Shown in pieces: positions 39,677 through 48,725 of a stretch of DNA of 64,000 bases. Source of the DNA: Nitrosopumilus sp. (lineage in GTDB: Archaea > Thermoproteota > Nitrososphaeria > Nitrososphaerales > Nitrosopumilaceae); the NCBI GenBank assembly GCA_965224195.1, contig OZ245040.1:416001-480000 (forward strand). The letters are read 5' to 3'. The position numbers and the translations under genes are program-made. How positions within the stretch are numbered: position 1 is the stretch's first letter; each line of letters starts with the position of its first letter. The notes under the pieces are model-generated. The model saw only the letters and a list, made by a program, of their open reading frames with translations, made no database searches and had not been told where the DNA came from.

Positions 39677-40922
39677 TTACTGCAGGTGAAAATGTTTCAA
39701 AACCAAATTCCTCATGAATTTCTCTAGCAAACATTTCACAAGACTCAGCATCCCCGTGCACTGTACAGATTTTGGGATTTCCTTTAATTTTTTTAATCAT
39801 ATCAAATAATTCTTTTCTATCTGCATGCCCCGAAAATTGAAATTGTCTAACCTCTGCTGAAACCTTTAGTTCTTTCCCTCTTGTTGATACCATTCCAGTA
39901 TCTAATAATTTTTTTCCAGGTGTTCCTTCACCTTGATAAGAAACTAGGGCTATTCCATTCTTACTATCAAAAGATAATTGTTGTAAATAATATACTGCAT
40001 TTCCACCTACCAACATTCCAGCTGGAGAAATTACAACACAAGGTTCGCCCATTGCTCGTTTTCTTTCTGCATGTTCTCTTATGGCAGTTGCGCTTTTGAT
40101 TGCTTCAGAAAATATTTTTGGATCTCTTAGGTATTCTGGATGTTTAAACATTATTTCATTTACTTTGAGTGCCATTCCATCCATAATGATTTTGTGTTTA
40201 AAATTTGAACTTCTTAGAATACATGCTATTTCTTGAGAACGCTCTACAGAAAATGATGGAATAAATAAAATTCCTTTTCTATCCATTACTTCATTTGCAA
40301 ATTCTATTAATTCAGTTTCTGATTCTTTTCTTGGCTTTTGCTCTGTTTTTGCATAGGTACTTTCAGTAATCAGTAAATCGATTTCTCCAATGTCTAAATC
40401 CATTTCTCGAAGCATTCTTGAGCCGTTTGTTTTGATATCTCCTGTGTAGAAAAGACGTTTTTTTTCAGATTCTACTAATACAGTACTCCCACCAATTACA
40501 TGTCCTGATTCTCTGAATTCAAAAGTTGCATTCCCTTTGGTTATTTTTTGTTTGAATCCAACTTCCTTGGCATTTTTCATCATATTATTTAATTCAGGTA
40601 AACCAAATGGATGTGCATTTTTTTCAATTTTCAACATATCATTAATCAATAATTTTGAAAGGTCAAATGTTGGAGGTGTAGCGTATACGTCAGTATTTCC
40701 ACTAACAAATAGAGATGGAACATTTCCTGAATGATCTAAATGTGCATGTGTGATAATGATAGCATCCAAATCCTTTGGTTTTACATGAAGTGGATATTGT
40801 GGAGGAGAACCTCTTCTTCCAAACATTACACCATAATCAAGTAATAATTTAGTACCATTACAATTAACTAAAAATCCCGATCTGCCTACTTCGTTTGCAG
40901 CACCTAAAACTTTAACATCCAA
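39657..40922 (-). CDS. Beta-CASP metallo-beta-lactamase ribonuclease (aCPSF-type)
   Basis: GAANEVGRS, THAHLDHSG, GHVIG, TGD, ESTY, FSGHAD, VHGD. Confidence 0.9.
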   Translation of the reverse strand: MDVKVLGAANEVGRSGFLVNCNGTKLLLDYGVMFGRRGSPPQYPLHVKPKDLDAIIITHAHLDHSGNVPSLFVSGNTDVYATPPTFDLSKLLINDMLKIEKNAHPFGLPELNNMMKNAKEVGFKQKITKGNATFEFRESGHVIGGSTVLVESEKKRLFYTGDIKTNGSRMLREMDLDIGEIDLLITESTYAKTEQKPRKESETELIEFANEVMDRKGILFIPSFSVERSQEIACILRSSNFKHKIIMDGMALKVNEIMFKHPEYLRDPKIFSEAIKSATAIREHAERKRAMGEPCVVISPAGMLVGGNAVYYLQQLSFDSKNGIALVSYQGEGTPGKKLLDTGMVSTRGKELKVSAEVRQFQFSGHADRKELFDMIKKIKGNPKICTVHGDAESCEMFAREIHEEFGFETFSPAVNDEISI

Positions 40923-41035
40923 GAATTAAAATGAATTTTCATCTACGTTAAAACCTTCTTAGCGACGATCCGATCATTATGCCTATCATGTAATCTACAA
41001 AAGCTTTAATTAGTGTAAGCTAAGATCCGATCCTC

Positions 41036-41248
41036 ATGGGAAGAAGTTTCGCAGATTGGTTAGCACAGCAAGACCAAGCCGTAGTCGCTAAGACACGTGC
41101 TGGTGATGAAGCAAACAAACCACTCTTAAATCAACTCAACTGGATTTGGGTAAACAATCTTATGAATAAGAAAGCAGACCTTAATCCTTCTTCAGCAGAA
41201 CTACTTGACTGGGTAACCTCTGGTCAAATAGATGCAATGAGAAAATAA
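41036..41248 (+). CDS. Small hypothetical protein (70 aa)
   Basis: TTTAATTA TATA box about 25 nt upstream, high-expression codon bias, T-rich terminator downstream. Confidence 0.7.
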   Translation: MGRSFADWLAQQDQAVVAKTRAGDEANKPLLNQLNWIWVNNLMNKKADLNPSSAELLDWVTSGQIDAMRK

Positions 41249-41316
41249 ACGTGCACAACACGTTGTCTTTTTGTTTTTTAAATTCCTTAATCTAGATTCT
41301 GCGCATACATTTTGAA

Positions 41317-41364
41317 TCGATCATTTTCATAACAGGGTTATGAATTTCGATCATAGTTTAAATA
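41317..41364 (+). promoter_or_regulatory. Ferredoxin promoter with palindromic operator candidate
   Basis: TTCATAAC-agg-GTTATGAA (41326-41344) flanked by TCGATCAT direct repeats (41317, 41347); TATA box TTTAAATA 41357-41364, 25 nt before the ATG. Confidence 0.5.
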
Positions 41365-41389
41365 GGTACCAAGCAATCTAAATTTTGTA

Positions 41390-41692
41390 ATGCCAATAGC
41401 AATACTTCCAGACATTGATGAACAAAGATGTATCGGATGTGCACTATGTGTAGAAATCTGTACAACTCTTGGTCCTGATGTCCTTAGAGTAAAACCTGTT
41501 GAAGGCTGGAAGAGAGGTAAAGCATTTGTTTTCTACCCAGAAAGATGTATTTCTGATGGTGCATGCATAGGTGTATGTCCAACAAAATCAATCTTTTGGA
41601 TGAGACCAATGAATTACACAGCTGGACAACCAGTACCTCTTCACAAAAACGGTATCTTCATCAAAGGTTGGGCAGAAGACGCAGCTCTATAA
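41390..41692 (+). CDS. 4Fe-4S dicluster ferredoxin
   Basis: CIGCALCVEIC and CISDGACIGVCP motifs. Confidence 0.92.
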   Translation: MPIAILPDIDEQRCIGCALCVEICTTLGPDVLRVKPVEGWKRGKAFVFYPERCISDGACIGVCPTKSIFWMRPMNYTAGQPVPLHKNGIFIKGWAEDAAL

Positions 41693-41730
41693 GCCGCATC
41701 TTTTAGCACATTCTTTTTTCTTATTTTTAA

Positions 41731-43260
41731 TTATACAAAGGATTTTTTCTTTATCTCTTTTGGCAAACTCTTTACAAAATATTTTAGAAATTTATCTTCT
41801 TTGTCAAAATGAATTTCAGAAAATTTATTGTTTGTAAAGAATTCATTCCATGTTTTCTCAAATACAGGAAGTTCATTTGGTTCAAAATCAATTCTAGAAG
41901 TTTCATGATGTGCTGCTGGAAAAATATCTGAAATCTCAATTGGTATTAATCCTAAAAGAGGATCATATTGGCAAACTTGAAATGATTCAAAATCTTTAAT
42001 TTTCTTTTTTAGTCTAATATATTCATGAGAAAGATATCCTGGTTTTGAACTTGATTCTTTGGTTATGACTAATTTCTTTTTCTTTGATTTAAATTTTCTA
42101 ACTGTTTTATGGAATGATTGAACTTCTGGTCTATATTGATCCTCTTTACTGAATAAGAAAATTGCTTTTTCTTTGAATTTTCGAGTTCCCAAACCTAAAA
42201 ATTCAGAGTTTTCAGTCATAACTTCAATCATCTCAAATAACTTTGGATGGGCCCTTGCTTTTTTAATTACATACTCCCATAACCTTCCTTCATGGATTGC
42301 CTGTTTTACTTTGTCAACTTCTAGTTTAATTGCATACAAATTATGAATTGCTAACTGGTTGATCTTTTCAGTGGCCTCTAATTGACGAAATTCATCTGGA
42401 GTATATTTTAAACATATTTCACAATTACATGGAAATATGGAAATATTTGATAAATATCGTGTACCATCATCTGTGATGTATCTGAGTTGTTTTGCATAAA
42501 GCATGTATGATGCTGAATCAAAAGTATCGCATCCCAAAGCTATTGCAAATGGTATGGTGAGAGGATGTCCTGCACCAAATAGATGTAAAGGAATTGAATG
42601 TGGCATCTGTTTTTTTGCCGCAACTATCATTTGTGCTAATAATCTATACTCATATGACTCCATAAATTCAACTGGACTTCCTAATGCAAGCATTTGAAAT
42701 CCCATTTTGACTAAACTTTTTGTAGATTTTCCAACAAGATCAAAATGCTCTCCTCCTTGAATTGGACCTATCCAAATTTGACCATTGTCTGCACTATCAT
42801 CTAGGGTTTGTTTACAAACATCTAGTGTGTGTTTAACATATGTTTCTGCTTTTTTAATTGGCATTCCATATCCTGTTGGCTTATCAAGTGGAATTGCAAA
42901 ATCAGTTAAGATACCTCTTTCAAAATTTGCCATGTCTGGTGGTAATACATCAACATCTCCATATTCAAGAACCTGATAACCTCCAGAATCTGTCATTATT
43001 CCACCATCAAAATTAATTATTTTGTGAATTCCTTTCTCAATTGCTTCATCACCATAACTATTTCTTGTAATGTAGGCATTGGTGATCACTAAATCAAAAC
43101 CAATCTCTTTAATTTTTTTAGATGGAATTGTCTGTTTGACTGGATGAATAACTGGCACATAAGCTGGAGTCTCAATTTTCCCATGATTGGTATACAAAGT
43201 TCCAATTCTTCCAGCTAAATCAGTTTTAGAGATTTCAAACAAGTAATTACACAAATTCAA
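41731..43260 (-). CDS. tgtA: Archaeosine tRNA-guanine(15) transglycosylase
   Basis: TDSGGYQ, PIQGG, HLFGAGHP, GCDTFDSASY, CNCEIC, HNL. Confidence 0.92.
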   Translation of the reverse strand: MNLCNYLFEISKTDLAGRIGTLYTNHGKIETPAYVPVIHPVKQTIPSKKIKEIGFDLVITNAYITRNSYGDEAIEKGIHKIINFDGGIMTDSGGYQVLEYGDVDVLPPDMANFERGILTDFAIPLDKPTGYGMPIKKAETYVKHTLDVCKQTLDDSADNGQIWIGPIQGGEHFDLVGKSTKSLVKMGFQMLALGSPVEFMESYEYRLLAQMIVAAKKQMPHSIPLHLFGAGHPLTIPFAIALGCDTFDSASYMLYAKQLRYITDDGTRYLSNISIFPCNCEICLKYTPDEFRQLEATEKINQLAIHNLYAIKLEVDKVKQAIHEGRLWEYVIKKARAHPKLFEMIEVMTENSEFLGLGTRKFKEKAIFLFSKEDQYRPEVQSFHKTVRKFKSKKKKLVITKESSSKPGYLSHEYIRLKKKIKDFESFQVCQYDPLLGLIPIEISDIFPAAHHETSRIDFEPNELPVFEKTWNEFFTNNKFSEIHFDKEDKFLKYFVKSLPKEIKKKSFV

Positions 43261-43273
43261 AGGTGTTATTTAA

Positions 43274-43822
43274 TCAATCAACAAAAAATTTTCCTAAATT
43301 ATTATTTTTTCTCACTAATTCTAGCCAATCTACCACTTCGTTTCCTTTTTTATTCATAATTGTACTCATAATTTTTTCAAATATTTCTACAATTGTTTTC
43401 CCACTAACGTTTATTTGAAATGTTTTTTCTTGAAATTTATCTATTGCATCATTTGCTATAATTCCTAAAATTTCACTACCTACATTATCTTTGATTTTTA
43501 CATTATCATATTTTCTATCTTCATAAACTGGAATCAAATCATATGGGCTCCTTCGTAACACTATCATTATCTTTACTTGGTTTTTTCTTAGAACATATGG
43601 TGCCAAATGCCCTACGATAATGTTATTTTCAGAAATTTTTGATTCAAGGATTTTTTCAAGTACTTCAACATCTACGTCATTTGTATCTCCATTTTTTTCA
43701 AATAGTTTTGAATCTTTTGCAATTTTATTAATATCAATTATTGCCAATTTCATTTTGTCAGCAATTAGTTGTGTGATTGTGTGCTTTCCTACACCTGGAT
43801 TACCTGTAATTACTATGGACAT
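43274..43822 (-). CDS. Adenylate kinase 6 / Fap7-like NTPase
   Basis: ITGNPGVGK P-loop, VGH, R.Y...KI.DN..SEI. Confidence 0.8.
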   Translation of the reverse strand: MSIVITGNPGVGKHTITQLIADKMKLAIIDINKIAKDSKLFEKNGDTNDVDVEVLEKILESKISENNIIVGHLAPYVLRKNQVKIMIVLRRSPYDLIPVYEDRKYDNVKIKDNVGSEILGIIANDAIDKFQEKTFQINVSGKTIVEIFEKIMSTIMNKKGNEVVDWLELVRKNNNLGKFFVD

Positions 43823-43886
43823 GATATGAAATCATGATTAACTAGATTAAACGATTTCTGCAATACTAATAAGTAGAATTAGATTT

Positions 43887-45083
43887 TTGATAGTATTGCA
43901 AATTGGTTTACTGGGAAAAGCAAATGTTGGTAAATCCACATTTTTCTCAGCTGCAACTGAAACACCTGTTGCAACAGGAAATTTTCCTTTTACAACGATT
44001 GAACCTAATGTGGGAGTCGCATATGTCAAAGCAGATTGTGCTTGCAAACATTTTGAAATTAAACATGAAAATGAATTATGTGTAAAAGGTACACGCTTTA
44101 TTCCTGTTAAACTCATTGATGTTGCAGGGTTAGTACCTGGAGCTCATGAAGGTAAAGGATTGGGAAATCAATTTCTTGATGATGCACGACAAGCTGAAGT
44201 TTTAATTCATGTTGTTGATATTGCTGGAACAACTGATATTCAAGGACAATCTGTTCCAGTTGGAACTCATGATCCGTTAGAAGATATATCTTTTGTACAA
44301 AATGAATTTGATCAATGGTTTGCAGATATTTTAAAAAGAGAATGGGATAAAATTACCCGAGAAATAGATCAAAAACGTGCAAAATTAACTGATGGTATTG
44401 CAAAAAGATTTTCTGGATTGGGAATTAAAGATTTTCAAGTTCAAGAAATTCTTCAAAAATTAGGATTTATGGCTAAAAATCCAAAAGAATGGATAGACAA
44501 TGATATTGAAACTTTTGTCAAAGAATTAAGAAAAAATACAAAACCAATGATTATTGCAGCAAACAAGGCAGATCTTTGTCAAGATTTGGACATAATTAAG
44601 AAAATTCCTGATAATGTAATTCCATGTAGTGCAGAAACTGAATTACTTTTACGAAAAGCATCAAAAGCTGGAATTGTAAATTATTCTTCTGGAGATGAAG
44701 GATTTATCCCTGTTGAAGGAAAAGAAATTCCTCCTCCACAACAAAAAGCACTTGATTTAGTAAAATCAGTTTTCTCAAAAATTGATTCAACAGGAATTCA
44801 AAAAATTTTAAACATTGCTGTTTTTGATTCTCTAAAATATATCGTTGTGTATCCTGTAGAAGATGAAACTAAACTTACTAACAAAGACGGAGTAATTTTA
44901 CCTGATACAAAATTAGTTCCAGAAGATTCTACTGCTAAAGATTTGGCAGAATTAATTCATGCAGATATTGCAAAGGGATTTTTACATGCAATAGATTGTA
45001 AAACAAAACAAAGGATTGGTGGAGATCAAAAACTCAGAAATGGTGATGTGATCAAAATTGTTTCTACGTTAAGTCGTGGTTGA
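43887..45083 (+). CDS. ychF: YchF/Obg-family GTPase with TGS domain
   Basis: GKANVGKST, FPFTTIEPN, DVAGLVPGAHEGKGLGNQFL, ANKAD. Confidence 0.88.
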   Translation: MIVLQIGLLGKANVGKSTFFSAATETPVATGNFPFTTIEPNVGVAYVKADCACKHFEIKHENELCVKGTRFIPVKLIDVAGLVPGAHEGKGLGNQFLDDARQAEVLIHVVDIAGTTDIQGQSVPVGTHDPLEDISFVQNEFDQWFADILKREWDKITREIDQKRAKLTDGIAKRFSGLGIKDFQVQEILQKLGFMAKNPKEWIDNDIETFVKELRKNTKPMIIAANKADLCQDLDIIKKIPDNVIPCSAETELLLRKASKAGIVNYSSGDEGFIPVEGKEIPPPQQKALDLVKSVFSKIDSTGIQKILNIAVFDSLKYIVVYPVEDETKLTNKDGVILPDTKLVPEDSTAKDLAELIHADIAKGFLHAIDCKTKQRIGGDQKLRNGDVIKIVSTLSRG

Positions 45084-45084
45084 T

Positions 45085-46068
45085 ATGCTGGGATTAGGAA
45101 TAGAAAGTACTGCTCACACATTTTCTTGTGCAATAATTGAAAAACGTGGAAAAAAAGGAAAAATTCTTTCAGATGTACGTAAAATCTATCGCCCTGAAGA
45201 GGGAGAGGGAATTCATCCTAGAGAGGCATCACGACATCATATTGAGAATAGTTCCCAAGTACTTTCTGATTGTCTTCAAGAAGCAAATACAACTGTCAAA
45301 GATTTAGATATTGTTTCATATGCTGCAGGTCCAGGACTGGGTCCATGTTTACGTGTGGGTGCAGTAGTTGCTAGATCTCTTTCTTCATATTACAAAATTC
45401 CAATATATCCAGTAAATCATGCAATTGGACATATTGAATTAGGAAAATTACTAACTGGCTCTACTAATCCTCTTGTACTTTTAGTCTCAGGAGGACATAC
45501 TATGCTTTTGGCATTTCTAAATAAGCAATGGAGAGTATTTGGAGAGACATTGGATATCACTTTAGGTCAATTATTAGATCAATTTGGACGTTCAATTGGG
45601 TTTGCATCTCCATGTGGAAAAAATATTGAAGAGTTAGCATCTACATCTTCAAATTATGTCACTTTACCATATTCTGTAAAAGGCAATGATGTATCTTTTT
45701 CTGGATTGTTATCTGCAACAAAATCTGCTGCAACAAAAAATAAAGTAGATGCTTGTTATTCACTTCAAGAAACTGCATTTGCTATGATAAGTGAGACAGT
45801 AGAACGTGCTCTATCTTTTACAAGAAAAAAGGAATTAATGATTGTTGGAGGAGTTGCTGCTAACAAACGACTATCTGAAATGCTAAAAGATGTTTGTAAA
45901 CGACATGGTTGTAAATTTTTTGTTGTTCCATTAAAATATGCTGGAGATTGTGGCAGTCAAATTTGCTGGACTGGTTTATTAGAATCTCAAATAAAATCTG
46001 GTGTGAAATTAAAAGATACATTTGTTACTCAATCTTGGAGATTAGATACTGTAAAAGTTGAATACTAA
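45085..46068 (+). CDS. kae1: KEOPS t6A synthase Kae1
   Basis: GIESTAHT, GPGLGPCL, VNHAIGHIE, VSGGHT, GETLD, GGVAAN. Confidence 0.93.
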   Translation: MLGLGIESTAHTFSCAIIEKRGKKGKILSDVRKIYRPEEGEGIHPREASRHHIENSSQVLSDCLQEANTTVKDLDIVSYAAGPGLGPCLRVGAVVARSLSSYYKIPIYPVNHAIGHIELGKLLTGSTNPLVLLVSGGHTMLLAFLNKQWRVFGETLDITLGQLLDQFGRSIGFASPCGKNIEELASTSSNYVTLPYSVKGNDVSFSGLLSATKSAATKNKVDACYSLQETAFAMISETVERALSFTRKKELMIVGGVAANKRLSEMLKDVCKRHGCKFFVVPLKYAGDCGSQICWTGLLESQIKSGVKLKDTFVTQSWRLDTVKVEY

Positions 46069-46388
46069 TTTTTGTTTTTACTAATAGTTTGTTCGATATC
46101 TTTAACCCAACTTTTGGTATTGAATACCCCGAACTTGAAAGTTTGTTCTCCGTCATCTATTTTTGCTGTAAAACATACTTTTTTCATCAATAATCCTTCT
46201 TTCCATGTTTTTGTTACTTTATCTAATGAAATATCTAAAACTGTATCTCCAAAATGTTTAGAAAAATTCATTATTCTTGCATTAGTTTTATCAAATGCCA
46301 ATCTCTTGTTTGTTAATGTTAAAATCCCTGCTCCTAACTTATCCTCACTACAGTCTTCTTGTTTAATTCGTTTTTCCCCGTCATCCAT
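46065..46388 (-). CDS. Small PH/GRAM-fold-like protein
   Basis: GILTLTNKRLAF strand motif and C-terminal W-containing helix (SWVKDIE). Confidence 0.55.
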   Translation of the reverse strand: MDDGEKRIKQEDCSEDKLGAGILTLTNKRLAFDKTNARIMNFSKHFGDTVLDISLDKVTKTWKEGLLMKKVCFTAKIDDGEQTFKFGVFNTKSWVKDIEQTISKNKN

Positions 46389-46419
46389 GATTAATTTTTA
46401 TTGAATTCTTCTGGTTATA

Positions 46420-47046
46420 ATGTTAATGAAATTAATCAAAAAAGGTGCTGAAGCAGATCTTTATCAAACTAAATGGCAAAATTCAAAGGCAATAGTAAAA
46501 ATTAGAAAAATCAAAACTTATAGAAATTCTTTACTTGATTCAAAAATTCGTAAACAAAGAACAATCAAAGAATCACAAATACTTTCACTTGTGAAATCAT
46601 TTGGAATACCTACACCTCTAGTGTATTTTGTAAATTTAGATGAAACATCAATCACTATGCAAGAAATTCTTGGAAAACCAGTACATGATTTATCTGAATC
46701 AAAAATTATTGAAGTATCTAAGGATATTGGAAAACTGGTAGGTACATTACATAAGAATGGAGTAATGCATGGTGATTTAACAACTTCAAATTTTATTTTA
46801 TTTAAAAATACTATTTTTGTAATTGATTTTGGATTATCTCAAATTTCAATAAAACCTGAAGATCATGCCGTTGACTTGAGATTAATTAAAGAAATTCTCA
46901 ATAGCGCTCATGCCAAAATCATGCTATCATCATGGAAAAATTTCCTTAGTGGGTACAAATCTGTCGTTGGTCATACCCGTTATTCCAAAATAACTAAACT
47001 AGTCTTAGAAATAGAAAGTCGTGGAAGATATGCAAAAGTTGTTTGA
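46420..47046 (+). CDS. bud32: KEOPS kinase Bud32
   Basis: KGAEA, KIR..K.YR, HGDLTTSN, IDFGL, EDHAVDL, RGRY. Confidence 0.92.
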   Translation: MLMKLIKKGAEADLYQTKWQNSKAIVKIRKIKTYRNSLLDSKIRKQRTIKESQILSLVKSFGIPTPLVYFVNLDETSITMQEILGKPVHDLSESKIIEVSKDIGKLVGTLHKNGVMHGDLTTSNFILFKNTIFVIDFGLSQISIKPEDHAVDLRLIKEILNSAHAKIMLSSWKNFLSGYKSVVGHTRYSKITKLVLEIESRGRYAKVV

Positions 47047-47578
47047 TCTATTTTTTGTCTCCTCTAATAGTCACAAATATCAAGAAGCAAAGATGATTTT
47101 AGATTCTCTAGGAATTAATCTTGGATTTTTAAAGTCAAATTTAGAAGAAATTCAATCACATTCACTTAATGCTATTGCAGTAGCAAAAGCAAAGGACGCA
47201 TTTTCTAAATTCAAAAAACCTATCATTATTGAAGATGATGGTTTGTTCATTGAATCAATTGATGGATTTCCAGGTCCATACTCGTCATATGTTTTTAAAA
47301 CGATTGGGAATAATGGAATTTTAAATCTGTTAAAAAATAATAGAAAAGCAAAATTTGTTTCAACCATTACTTATTGTGATAAAACAATTTTGCAATCATT
47401 TGAAGGGAAACTAGATGGAAAAATATCTAAAACTCAAAAAGGAAAAGGCTGGGGGTTTGATCCAATATTTATCCCCAATAATTCCAAGAAAACATTTGCG
47501 GAATTAAATAATAAAAATGAATTATCACATAGATACAAAGCACTAAAAAAATTCTCTAAATGGTATTTGCATAAGTAG
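47030..47578 (+). CDS. rdgB: Non-canonical purine NTP pyrophosphatase (RdgB/Ham1)
   Basis: SSNSHK..E, EDDGL..GFPGPYS, GWGFDPIF, KNELSHR. Confidence 0.9.
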   Translation: MQKLFDLFFVSSNSHKYQEAKMILDSLGINLGFLKSNLEEIQSHSLNAIAVAKAKDAFSKFKKPIIIEDDGLFIESIDGFPGPYSSYVFKTIGNNGILNLLKNNRKAKFVSTITYCDKTILQSFEGKLDGKISKTQKGKGWGFDPIFIPNNSKKTFAELNNKNELSHRYKALKKFSKWYLHK

Positions 47579-48587
47579 GAATAAAACGATCAATAAACCG
47601 TTTATTATTTTGTAATATTGAGATTCTTGAAACAATACTCTCATCCATTATAGAAAATATTTTACTTTGCTTTGCTATTTCCTCACTAAATTTTTTCACT
47701 TCTTCCATCTCTAACATGTTTTCATATTCTAATCTGTTTGTTGAGCGTCCAATATGCATATATGATTTAATCTCAATAAAGTGTGGACTTGTTTTTCTAA
47801 ACATTTCTGCAAATGCTGGAATTGATTCTTTTTGATCATTATGATTCCTAATCAATGTAATTCTTAACACTGTTCTTGTTTTCAAATCTTTTAACATGTC
47901 AAGTGTTCTATTCCATCTTTCCCATGAATCATCATATCTTGGCTTGTTTATTTTTATAAATGACTCATAATCTGCAGCATTTGTTGATAGATACAATTGT
48001 GTCGGTAATGCATCTTCATCTTGTAATTTTTGAATCATATCTGGTTCTTGCCCATTAGTTACAAGAAAAATTGATTTTGTTGCTTCAAATGTTTTTAGAT
48101 ATTTAATTAATTCTGGAAGTTTGGGATACATTGTAGGTTCTCCAGAAAGTGAAATAGCATAATGTGCAGGCAATAAAGATTCATCTAATCTTTGTTTATC
48201 ATTTCTTGAATCTCCATAAAATCCATTAATCAATTTTTTTCGTTCAGCCATCAATTTTGTTAAAATTTGTTCTGGCTCTGCAACTTGTTCTGGCTTCATT
48301 TGCATTGAATCATAAAATTCCATTGGTCTCCAACAATATACACATCGATTTTCACAATACATACCAGCAGGAGAAAATTCCATACATCTATGAGTTGAAA
48401 TTCCATAAAACTTGTGTTTGTAACAACTACCTTCATGCTTGAATGATTTTTTTGTCCAATGACAAAGTCCTACAGTTGAATGATCTGCTACGCCATACTT
48501 TGCTTTTTTTAATTGTGCAGTAATTACAGGTCTGATTTGAAGTAATTGCTCATCTTCTTCTTCAACTGTTTCACCTGAACAACTCAT
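47556..48587 (-). CDS. taw1: 4-demethylwyosine synthase (radical SAM)
   Basis: CYKHKFYGISTHRC, CENRCVYCWRP, AISLSGEPT. Confidence 0.92.
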   Translation of the reverse strand: MSCSGETVEEEDEQLLQIRPVITAQLKKAKYGVADHSTVGLCHWTKKSFKHEGSCYKHKFYGISTHRCMEFSPAGMYCENRCVYCWRPMEFYDSMQMKPEQVAEPEQILTKLMAERKKLINGFYGDSRNDKQRLDESLLPAHYAISLSGEPTMYPKLPELIKYLKTFEATKSIFLVTNGQEPDMIQKLQDEDALPTQLYLSTNAADYESFIKINKPRYDDSWERWNRTLDMLKDLKTRTVLRITLIRNHNDQKESIPAFAEMFRKTSPHFIEIKSYMHIGRSTNRLEYENMLEMEEVKKFSEEIAKQSKIFSIMDESIVSRISILQNNKRFIDRFIPTYANTI

Positions 48588-48725
48588 TAGTTCAGATCGT
48601 GTTTTGGTTTACTTAAATTGATCGAGATTTTTGTCCAACATGGAAATTCTTTTCAAATTTATTGATATTTTTAGCCGATTCCAGAGTGAGGTTTAATAAC
48701 TGGATCCTCGACGTATTTTTAGGCT

